This document shows positions 1 to 11,100 of a DNA stretch of 64,000 nucleotides, in pieces. Made by a program: the position numbers and the translations under genes. Source of the stretch: Phoronis australis (lineage: Eukaryota; Animalia; Phoronida). The notes beneath the pieces were generated by a model. The model was not told the DNA's origin and searched no databases. It saw nothing but the letters and a program-made list of their open reading frames with translations. Where the stretch lies: the NCBI GenBank assembly GCA_002633005.1, contig NMRA01000245.1:544009-608008 (forward strand), written 5' to 3'. Within the stretch, counting starts at the first letter, position 1, and the number at the start of each line of letters is the position of its first letter.

Positions 1-631
1 AGTCACCTTTCTTGTCCAATTTTCAAAATTTAAAAAATCTAATCATGTGTGCTTTTCACGAACTATTCAAATATGCTTTTAACAAATACATTTTCATAAC
101 TTGAATAAACATGTTGGCAGATTTAACTTTTCTGTTGGAAACTAAGCCTTGTCACAAATTCTTTGAAGTTCAGGTTTGTGGACTTCAATTTCGAAGGTCA
201 CAGGTGGCCAGGGTAATTCCCTGGCTCCAGTTAATCACCCATTTTTAGGCACCCACACCCAAGTTCTTGAAATTTCTTNGCCCACGGCATTACCCCGAAA
301 GTATACCATATTCTCAGAAACAGCTTAGTACTTGCTCATCAAATTTAGCAAATAAACAAAACTATTACCACATCTCTTGCATTTATAGTACAAATTCAAC
401 AGAAATTCCATTACTCAGAAAAATATTACTAATTGCGCTATCACCAGTTAATAGCCAATCACTTACATGGGTCAAGTTTTAATAATCCAAGGCTGTAGAG
501 GGAGACCATAAAGAAATTAGATTCAACACAATGATTAATTTCATTTTCTGACATCTTGATTTCACTTAGCAATTCAGTGCCAAAGGCAACCCAGTTAGCA
601 GTACGCCAGCAAAGCATGCCGGTGCCAATCC

Positions 632-738
632 GGTAATAGTCGGATATAGCGTGCTCGCATCTTGAGATCCAGTTTTCTCAACTGAATAAGTCATCGAAAT
701 AGTTCTCAAAATGTACGCACGTTATATCCAATTATTGC
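632..738. mobile_element. Palindromic MITE, same family as 22607-22714
   Basis: ggtaatagtcggatatagcgtgc...gcacgttatatccaattattgc. Confidence 0.62.
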
Positions 739-3700
739 TGCCACACCAGCTAGAAGTATGTAAGCAAAGCCCGACGGTCAAAATTTACTCATGGTCTTGA
801 CGTTTCCACCTCCAACTTCCAAAATATCATGCATCGTAAATACATACCTGATAGATAGACAGATGTAGATTGATAGATAGGGAGATAAACTTTCAGATTG
901 CTTCCTTTCAGCCATTGCTTAAAATCACAATATGCAAAATCGAAAGCAGTAATACAAAACATTATTGCCGTTCTTGTCTGCGATACTGTCCAGGGCATGT
1001 AAATTAAGAGAACTAAAAATCAGGGGGTGAGCATTTAAAACCGAACATGGGCGCTGGGGATCGGTGCTTACTCGGACGTAGGGTATCTTTCATTTTTCCG
1101 ATGCAAACATTACACACTTAATGAGTTGGCCACATGCCACTCACCAAATGCACGAGCCAAAAGCATCCATTTCATGTCTCCTTCAATAAAGAGCAGGAGA
1201 ATAGAGCTGTTTTCTCACCGTGATAAGGAAAGATTTCACCAAAATTGACTGATCGTTTCTTAAAAATACCTAAGTTTCACCAACGTTGGTGTTGCAAAAC
1301 GCATAAAACGCATCTTCATCACTAAAAATTGCGTACTGGCAGTTGAAATACCACATATATCACCTAGCTTGAAAAGTTGTACAAATCACAATTCTTGACC
1401 CTTCCCTAACCCAAGCGTGAACTCATCCACCTCCATTTTATTTAACACCACCCATAACAGCATATACCGGTCAGTCCCACCACGTTTTAACACAGCATTA
1501 TTTCTATATACAAGTTTTTACCATATTTTACAACAGACAATCAGACCCTGGGCATTTTTTCATTAATTCCGTCATTTAACAAGAAATTTTTAACTGACCG
1601 AGTTTTACAAGGGCTAATTTCAAACTTGATATTGCTAGTTTCAACAATGAACCAGCTGGTCCATAAAATGACTATAAATGCATGCTAAATATTACCATGA
1701 ACAAACTACCAGCATAGCATGTATGGGATCACTGAGTGCTTAACTCAGAGCTTCAGTCAGCCATGAGCGAACATTTTTCAATGAACTGTTGTTCAACTTA
1801 TATTTGTTATACTGATAACTAGTGTCATGAATTTCCCCAAACAAGCGGCCCCACTATAGACCCATGGGCCCGTGTCTGGACACTTTGGGCACACCAGCTG
1901 CCGAAATTGTCCTTATTTGGTTTTTCAAGGGCTTCTAGCATTGTTGCGGATGTCAGTTGACAACATTTCAAAGCTGTGTGATGTGTGACAGTGGCTGTAG
2001 TATACTAAACTTGAACATGGACAAGCATCTAATTTGGTGCTGACATCCGTTGGCCATATCGTGTCCTAAATTGGAGAGATTTTATTGTACTCTCAAAACT
2101 TCAATTTGGTTTCCAAAAATGAACGGTGTCTGAGGGAGCATTGAACAAGAACAGGGTTTTATGACAGACAGGACAAAGGTTCTGTTTGCTCGTCTACAAA
2201 ATAACCTTAAAGCTGCATTCCATCCTGTCAAGTCGGCTAAAAACAAAAATCAAATTAGGCTTTTTGCTCTCATAAAATTGGTCTCATAATATTCAGGTAA
2301 AGATTCTCCAGAGGGCAAAATTACCCACTGTTTAGACTGAAAACAATTTTGCCTGAAATTCAAGAAATACGACGAATGCAAAAATAGGGCAGAATGAATA
2401 CAATTTAATTTTTGTGTGAGTTTCCGTGTCCCAAATTCTAGAGAATGTTCCAAAACAGGATCCTTTTTACCATACTAACTACAATGGGGCTCTATTTCAG
2501 ATACCAACAAGACAATCAAAACCATCGGTGACTCAAGAAAACTTTCAAAGTTTATTGGCATTGGCCAACCCCAAAACTATGGATTCAAAGATGGCGTGTG
2601 CACGCGTGACTGATTTTATGAGAGTAAACGGCATTTCTGTTTTTTTAGTCTGTTAAACAAGCTGTAAATAGCTTTAATAAGTACCTAACTTACACAGATG
2701 TTGGTCCTCATTGCATGTTCAACTCGATGACATATATTTCGTTCATAGAACCCATTTGCGAAAGTACATCCAGACTCATATTTGAGGTACTGGGAAGTGA
2801 AAATATGCCCTGGGACTTACTATTAGAAAATCCCAATAGAAATTATTTCACAGGGTGCACCCAAACCTGTAAATTGTTGACAAAGAGATTCACGTCTGTA
2901 TATTAGTATTTTGATGAACCTGCAGTGGCCATGTATAAACTAAGAGTCTACACAGACACATCAAGACATCTACCATAACACAATTTCTAAATTCAAAGAT
3001 TTTCACAAACATGTATGTAATGCAAATTCTTAATTCAAAAAGAGACGACTACATTTAACTCAAGCAACTGCTTTAAAATTCTATCAACAAAAGCTTCCTC
3101 TTAACATACAAAGTATTGTTAAAGTTTCAGTAGGGTATTCAAAGGTTTAAGCAAATGATCATCAGGTCTGCTTACAAAATGTTTGAACCATACTCAACTA
3201 CTCAACAATTTGCCGGTGGATTAGTTTTTTGTCTGTTTTTGCAAGGATATCTGATTTCCGATTTGCGTGAGTGTGAAATTGGTTTGTAATTGAGACAAGC
3301 CAATAGTTAGTTGCTACACACTACACAAAACTGGGCAATAGGTAACGGTCATATCAGCAGAAGTGAAAAATTAATTATTTTGGTCAAGGTCAGAGCTTAC
3401 ACTAAAATTTAGAATCAGGCAATGTTGGCAGTCCCAAATTCAAGAACCGTGAGAAACATGAAGTTTGCATTGGCAGCTACTTCTGACGATTTTATCTCAG
3501 ACTTTGTTGCTACAAAACGCTGTGTCCAATTCGATTAACGACAAAAGTGTCCATGTCCCAATCTTCAGAATCAAGCAAATTCAATTAATGTTAGCTTGAA
3601 TTTCAGTGTCCCAAATTTTAGAGATTGCCAGATTGGAAAATTTTTACCCTACCTTGTATTTCTAACCTGGTTTCCACCAAGCATTAGCTTGTCTGCAGGC

Positions 3701-5299
3701 GATTTTATGAAAACGAGCGACATAAGCACAAGTTTTTAATTTTGCGGTAATGAGACAATAGTACTCACTTGGGCATTCTAAACAAAGTCATTAATCTGGC
3801 GAAATTTGAATTTTGTGATAGGATGAAGACAAGGACAGAGGGATCATTAAATACATTTTATTCAAACAAATTCCTTGTAAATAATTTGGAAATGGTTTCT
3901 ACTGCTTGTTGAAAGCATGTAGTGTACTGACTCCAGTACAACTCATAACTGATGAATGTGTTACCCTGGGTTGGAAAAAAATAGCGCTGTAACAGTGAAT
4001 TTTTTAGCACGGAGGAACAAAACCAATGCAGAAATAGTAGACTGAAAGTAATGCATGTTCCAGGCATTGGGGGGGGGGGTGTAATATTTATGTTTGGCAT
4101 GAAATAAAGGGATCTTCATTGATGCCCAGAAGGTAACTCTGTATATGGAGGCCCGTCTCACATTTAAAGAAAATCTGTTAAAAATCATTCTTTTAAACAC
4201 TGTTGATCTAAAACTCGGGAGCGAAAAGTTGAAAACTTTGCTTTACTGCTGAACTTTCAATTAATTCAGAAAAGTGGAAAATTTTTCATAACTGTCCCAA
4301 GTTGTCATGGAGGTGGCCTGTTTTTGTAAGAGGTCTCTCACTAGAACAGAAAATCACCAGGATGCCAGACTGATCATTAACTGTATGCTCTAATCATCAC
4401 ACTGGCCACAGTTAACTACCTCATGCCCAAATGTTTTAGAGCTCAGGACACAGTGTTTACCCAACAAATGGGCATCATGTGACCAAAAGATCGTAAAAAA
4501 AAACTAGCAGCCAACAGGAAATACATGGATTTTTTGATATTGATCCACTGCCTTGTGCCCATAGGGAGAGTAAGGAGTAGAAACTGACGAGACAACACAT
4601 GACAAGATCTTTTATCATTTATAATGAATGGGCAACAGGGGTGCCCCTTGTGGAATCAGCTTCATCAATTCGAGTTGCCGATGAATTAGGAGAAAACTTG
4701 GATTAAATAAGACAGAATACACTCAAGCGGAACATCGTTACTAAGGGCCCAAGTCTACTGGGACAGCAGTAATTGAAGCTAATTGAAATGACTACATAAG
4801 AAAGCTTGGCTGCAAATCTTAAAAGTTCAACAGCACAACTAAATGGCAACGCGTGTGCTGGTGATTGGCTGATACTCGGCGCTTTTGAAGGGTATTTCAC
4901 TGATTCAAAAATTAACAGAATAGTATAAAGAATTAATGCAATCCATCAACGATGTCCAGTAAAAAAGTCAGTTGCAAAAAATAATTTTAACATGAAATAA
5001 GATCTTGAACAAGGCAAACAGTAAAATTGTGCAATACCCCACCAAACACCCCTGGATAAAAACACAGTCAGGATGCAGTCCTGAGATGTACTAGTCAACA
5101 GTCAACATCTAACACTGATATAATGCCGCTGCCAGAAAAAAGAAGATTCTAGACAGCAGCAGCACCAAAACTCAAGTTGTTAAACTTATCATTGATCATT
5201 GTTGTGTCATTATAATGCCATCTAAAATATTAATCACAAAAACATTGGTTTTACACGTCAGTATGGGCATCAATTTTCCTGTATCATTTATTTAACATG

Positions 5300-5323
5300 C
5301 TTGTTTTTCTTCTTTTTTTTCAG
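5300..5323 (+). promoter_or_regulatory. Strong 3' splice acceptor upstream of the GPCR ATG (5'-UTR intron)
   Basis: Long polypyrimidine tract ttgtttttcttctttttttttcAG ending at 5323, about 230 nt before the ATG. Confidence 0.65.
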
Positions 5324-5551
5324 AAACACGCACATGAGTGGGTCTTAAACGCAACAACAGTACACTGAAATCATCAGCAGAACAAAAGAATCATCTACAG
5401 TTGATCAGAGAGTAGTCCTTGAATTAGACACCATTAGCAAAGTTTATCTAATAGATCTGTTTGATGGAAAAAACGTGACGATACTTAGAAACCAAATTAA
5501 GCAGTAATGAATAAATAATTCAATAAGCTAGCGACAGCCTGTGCCTTAGCG

Positions 5552-7243
5552 ATGGCAGAGAATAAGAGCGAATTTCTATTTATGGAGTGGATGGTCTGGG
5601 ATTTGAATGATTCGTTAACAGTTGACGTAACTGCTACAGGGCAGGACTACAACGGAGAAGTGTTGGATAGCCCAACACCATCGGGCTTTAATAACACAAT
5701 GGATGACAACAGGCTATACACACGTTATACAAACGTGGCATTTGGATTTGTATTGATTGCACTGGCGCTTTTGATACTGTGGACCATCTTTGGGAATATC
5801 ATGGTGTGGTGCGCCCTCTATAGAGTGAATCATCTCAAAACGTTGTCTAACTACCTGATAGGAAACCTGGCACTCTGTGATTTTCTACTAGCTTTGACTG
5901 TACTGCCAATGTCAGCCGGAAACGACTTGTTAGGATGGTGGTGTTTTGGAGAAACAATGTGCCACGTTTGGTTGTCTATAGATGTGCTGTGTTGCACAGC
6001 TTCCATATGGAGTCTGTTGATTATTTCAGTCGATCGACTGACAGCCACAATTTACCCAATATGGTATAGAGATCAACATAAGAAGAAACGCGCTGCTTTA
6101 TACATCGCACTTGTCTGGGTGTTCTCCATTTTGGTATCCGTTCCGCCATTTTTCGGATGGGGTGATACAATCAGTATGGCGTATTCAGAAGGCAATAGCA
6201 CACACAATCCTCAGTGCATTCTATTTGAAAATGAGAGCTATGTGATTTACTCAGCGTCAGGATCTTTCGTGATACCTCTTGCAGCTATGGGATTGATCTA
6301 TGCTCGCATATTCATGGAGATAAGGGAACGCATGGCTGTGCGGCATGAGAAAAAAATGAGATATTGCCGGAAGCACAGCAGTGCAACAAGTACTGGTTCA
6401 CCAGAGGACAGTGAGGCTGTTGATCTAGAGGGGGTGACCACACTAGATGAGTCGAGCTGCTATATTAGTGTTCCCCAAGGCAGTTCTGATGTTTCCTCTA
6501 ACTTTGAATACTCAATTGTGGATGACACGTCTACTGCCAATAATTCTTCATTGGCAAACTTAAAACCAGCTTTAAAATCACCAGATGTCACAAAACAGAG
6601 TAATGGTGTTGCTAAACCAGCAAGTGTTGATTTGCCAAACATCACCTACACGCTATCGAAGTCGCGAACAGCAGAGACAGAAGAGCAAGATTGTCAACCA
6701 GATTCCAATTTACTGCGAGTTTCCTCACAAGTTGGTGATTCGTCCTTGAGTATCAACTCCAATGACTCTGGTAATGAGTCATGTCAACAAATAAAGTCAC
6801 TTAAGCCCGACAGACACGTAAGCATAGATGAAAACGTGAACATCAAACCGTTGCCATACAAAAAAATATCCAACAGCAAACTGAAGTGTCCAAAAAAACG
6901 GGATAGTTCGATAACATTCCCCGACAGGATAGAAAAGGTGAAACGAAACATGGAAGAAAAAGCAAGACGACGGTTTGATAGACGAGAGGAGCGGGCGACG
7001 AAAATTATGGCTACCATAATGGCCTGTTTCATTGTTTGCTGGCTTCCATTCTTTATCATGTATATTATACGCGCGTTCTGCAAGAAGTGTTATATACAGG
7101 GAGACCTACTGACATTCATCATATGGCTAGGATATGCAAACTCCGGCCTCAACCCGATTCTGTATACAATATTCAACGAGGACTTTCGAACTGCATTCAG
7201 GAACTTACTGTGTCCATCTCTGAGAAAGAGCACGAGAAGATGA
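5552..7243 (+). CDS. Aminergic class A GPCR, alpha2-adrenergic-like / tyramine(-octopamine) receptor type; coding region intronless
   Basis: 563-aa ORF with 7 hydrophobic segments: GN (TM1), LALCD (TM2), amine-binding Asp in WLSIDVLCCTASI (TM3), DRL, Ser-rich TM5 YSASGSFVIP, long Ser-rich ICL3, CWLPFFIMY (TM6), WLGYANSGLNPILYTIFNEDFR (TM7/H8). The exact ligand class is an inference. Confidence 0.93.
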   Translation: MAENKSEFLFMEWMVWDLNDSLTVDVTATGQDYNGEVLDSPTPSGFNNTMDDNRLYTRYTNVAFGFVLIALALLILWTIFGNIMVWCALYRVNHLKTLSNYLIGNLALCDFLLALTVLPMSAGNDLLGWWCFGETMCHVWLSIDVLCCTASIWSLLIISVDRLTATIYPIWYRDQHKKKRAALYIALVWVFSILVSVPPFFGWGDTISMAYSEGNSTHNPQCILFENESYVIYSASGSFVIPLAAMGLIYARIFMEIRERMAVRHEKKMRYCRKHSSATSTGSPEDSEAVDLEGVTTLDESSCYISVPQGSSDVSSNFEYSIVDDTSTANNSSLANLKPALKSPDVTKQSNGVAKPASVDLPNITYTLSKSRTAETEEQDCQPDSNLLRVSSQVGDSSLSINSNDSGNESCQQIKSLKPDRHVSIDENVNIKPLPYKKISNSKLKCPKKRDSSITFPDRIEKVKRNMEEKARRRFDRREERATKIMATIMACFIVCWLPFFIMYIIRAFCKKCYIQGDLLTFIIWLGYANSGLNPILYTIFNEDFRTAFRNLLCPSLRKSTRR

Positions 7244-7780
7244 GGTTATTGTATTATCTTCACTTAAAGTAAACTGCTCTGAATGCTAGTATAATCATAA
7301 AACTGTTATGTAATAAAACACAATCAAAAGGTCTTAGACATGCTTCAGTGCTTTTTAAGCTTCAAAGGGAATACGTAATTCTCCACTTGTTTCGCATAAA
7401 AATAATTGCGAAAATTATCATTTTTTATTTGTTAATACTGGCCATATTGCATGCTAAATAAGAAAAAAGCTGCCATAAGTATGTTTACTAAATTTTCATA
7501 CATTCTTCTCAAAACATCGGAGTCGTCATCAATTGTTTTTGCCACCAAAACAACTGACAAAAAACGGACCCTAGGGCATTCATTCAGATGCAAACATTAT
7601 TAGTCACTGTCAGAGGTACCCGACCTAGTACCTAAATGTTGAGAAAATGTCAATACGTAAGCCCCATTCTACGTTATCCAAATATTTCCGACTTTTACGA
7701 TCGGCAACAAGATTTAGAATGACAGGAACAGGAAGGTAAAAAGTTTAAAACCAAATGTTATGTTCTTTGTACCACAACCG

Positions 7781-8185
7781 GGGTATTTTCCACTTTGAGT
7801 CGCCATTTTTTGAATGGAGTGACACAACCAGAAAGGCGTATTCAGATGGCAGTAACACAAAGAATCCTCAGTGCATTCTGTTTGAAAATGAGAGCATTGT
7901 CTTTTACTCAGCGTCATTTGTGATACCTCTCACAACTATGGGTTTATCCATGCTTGTATTAGAAATGGAGACATTAGGAGGGCATGGCTTCACGATGCTA
8001 GTATGCACTAAAATGCTCTTATTCTCTATTTCTTGGTAATAATTTGACAAAATAGAATTTCACTTATCGGCCACGTTGCGTGACATACAAGGCAAGAATT
8101 ACCATAAGTATGTTTACTCAATTTTCAAGCATTCCGGTCAAAACATTCACAATCGACATCCGATTGTTTTAGTCATCAAAACAAC
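7781..8185 (+). pseudogene. Decayed partial tandem duplicate of the GPCR (TM4-ECL2-TM5 plus a piece of the 3' flank)
   Basis: 7781-7980 aligns with 6117-6325 (NPQCILFENES...YSAS.FVIPL retained, with indels); 8069-8185 aligns with 3' flank 7440-7554 (shared ccataagtatgtttact). Confidence 0.85.
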
Positions 8186-11100
8186 CACATTTCTGTGCCG
8201 TCAACATGTTTACACAAAGTGGTCAAGTTAAATGCACATACAGTTTAATGATAAATTAATCATAATTAATTGCCAATACCTGACCAATGGTTACAAAAAG
8301 CATTAAATGGCCGGTAACGAGAAGTAACAGAAAACTGTAATTACAAGTGCTTCTATGTCATCCTAGCAGCCCGAGTGCGGCCGGCTTATTACAACTGGTT
8401 GACGTCACAAAATAATAAACCCATTCTCAGAAACATACCGAGCCATCACCATTTGTATACAAGAAAATGTGGAGGAGAAAATAATGAAGTGTTTTGTCGA
8501 GCCGCAAGTTTACGAACTTTTGATATTTATTTACCATTGACCTTATACCGCATTTCATTATACTTATAACTGACCTTATAACGCACCTCAAAACCATCTC
8601 AGTTTGTGTAGCCTTTATCAACTAAGTATTCACTACTGTAAATCAGCACAACCGGCAAAATAATTCTATAACACCCAAACAAAGCTCAGCACATTTTTAT
8701 AATGCTTCAGCCAAACTATCCAGTCATTTTCTACAAAAAGCCACAAAATTACAATATACAAAATACCAACTTTTGACAGCCTGTCACCTTAAAGCTATGG
8801 TTTCGCTTTTCTAGAAATCTTAAAAAGCCATGCCCAGCAGTTCCGATACATGATAACACAGTGTTCACCAAACACTGTCTTCAGATAATATCTAAGCTTC
8901 AAGTTTATAGAACACTAACTACTCAACTTCTCAGATGAACCTGTGCATTTCGTTCCTGTTTGAGGTCATGGTTCCCACCTGAAATGAGCCAGCAGGACAA
9001 GCCGACTTGTGGAGCCTGAATCTCAACTGTTTATTTTTCAAGCCCAGTGCAAACTTATAATTTTCACTATGGAACAATTTGAGACAAATTTGATAACGGA
9101 AAGTTAGGTCTCAATCAAATGTTTGTTTCTGTGACGGCCATAGCCAAACTACAGTCGCTCTAATGCTATACAAAAAGTAAACAAGAAAATGGTTCAAAAC
9201 ACCTATTTGTTTTTCAGACTGAAACTGATGGACAGAAATGGTGATGTATTGCACGTATTCCCAACACTAGAGTGGGAGTTAAATTCACTCAAGGAAGTTC
9301 ATAATCAGTAACAGGCAGAAGCTGCTCCAATACCTGAGTCACAGTCAAGCTGTGTCAACAGGCAATGCGTTTTGTTATCACCTCGGCCAGTTTCATTTTA
9401 TAAAACTCAAAGATATAAAATGGATGCCATATTAAACTTACATGTGAATGTCTGACAATGGCCATAAATGTGGGAACGCAACAAGTCACTTAACCATACA
9501 AGAAGCAAGGAATGGCCCAAGTACTCTGTGTGACTGGGCTCCCTTGCCCTATCGAATATCTACAAAATTTGGGAAAATGAGGACCTGCCTGTGGGTGTTT
9601 GCTGTTTGTGTGCTTGCACACCTGGGGTGCAAGTGTGTGTGTGTGTGACTTCAAAAAACAGGAAATGATCAACTGCAGATGCTGTTGTATGCACAACAGA
9701 AGATGGTGACAGTTTTGAATAAACGAATTACCACAGAGACCACTGGCTGTAATTTCAACCTAGTAACCAAAAAAAATGCCGACACAAAGATGTATTTTGC
9801 AAGAATAATTTCAATCTCAATCGTGTTCTCTGCAGACGTGATGTTGATCAGTCTACTCTTTTTAGTATGGAATAAAACACAGCGGATATAATGGATTCAA
9901 CTGAAGGGAAACAAAAATTACTCAGCCGCAAAAATTGTAAGCTTTAGGCTAGAATTCTTACTGGAACACACAAATGACACTTCAAAAGAGAAGAACAGTA
10001 CTTCACGACACAGCATGGCGTACATTTCAAGTGGAATTTTATCTTGTCAAACTTCCCTATAAAAATATTTTTAAGATATTAGTATCTTGTTTACATCATG
10101 TGAATATTTGTGGTTATGTAATGAATGTTTCAAAAATACAAAAATAGCACTTCTAGCAATTATTTTAATCCCAAATTGAAGAACTTTTACAGCAAGATGG
10201 GCAAACAGCCAGTTCATGGCACAGCATGCCAATTTCAAGCCATTTCGTTTTCAAGTAGCAGTTCAGAAAATTCTCAGCCATGGCACTCTTGAAATTATTT
10301 TGTTCAAGAAGTCCATCTAAAGTGTAGGCAGGGGCCCGGCTTGCTCGGCAAAAGTAGCCGGTTCAAGATCTCATCAGCAACACTGACCCCACAAACAAAA
10401 CATTAACTCAAAGCTAACACACGAGCCTGTTTCAACACAGACTGTTCTTTTCGGCTCCCGTTCTTTTCACCATCCCAACATCAAATCATGAGAACATCAT
10501 TAATGCTCAGCTCCAATAACCTAACCAGCATGACTACCATCATATTTTACACCTAATGTTAGAAGTGAGCAGTGCAGGAAGCCTGAAGGTAGAGCCTCAT
10601 GGTCTGGTTCATGAAAGTGACTTACGACAGAAACATGGTCTTACACCCAAATAACTTTTCACCGATTGTAGGTGTGTTGATTCCATCAGCCATTACCAAT
10701 AAATAGCTAATGTGTAAAGGATTGAAATTTTTAGTATTCAGAAATTCTATGCTGCCAAAATTCAATATCCATCACAGAAAACCTACAATTCAACAGGAAC
10801 AAATGTGATTCAGGCTGCATGAATTTCAATATTTTATGACTGTAAGCACATTTTTATTTATGGTCAGCAATTGCACTGCTCGTTCATAATCGCATACCAT
10901 GATTATGTAACAGAAATTTTGTAAATTTTGTTTAAGAAAGAAAGCTGCAAACATATTTGCGTGTTTACATAATAGCAAGTGCAGATTTTTAATTTACAAA
11001 AATATCATTCACTGAACAAAGGTCAAACTCAGTATTGTGAACAAGCAATAAAGCTAACATTGCGTTTCTGTTATTTTTCTGAAAATGAGAAGAATGAAAA

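Noticed and set aside
7755-8039. 94-aa ORF as a second functional receptor
   Set aside because: Only an ECL2/TM5 fragment with indels; treated as a pseudogene relic
10626-10706. 81-nt minus-strand segment with AG/GTAAGT as the next INPP5F exon
   Set aside because: Stop codon in the required phase and no similarity to the SAC2 sequence expected next
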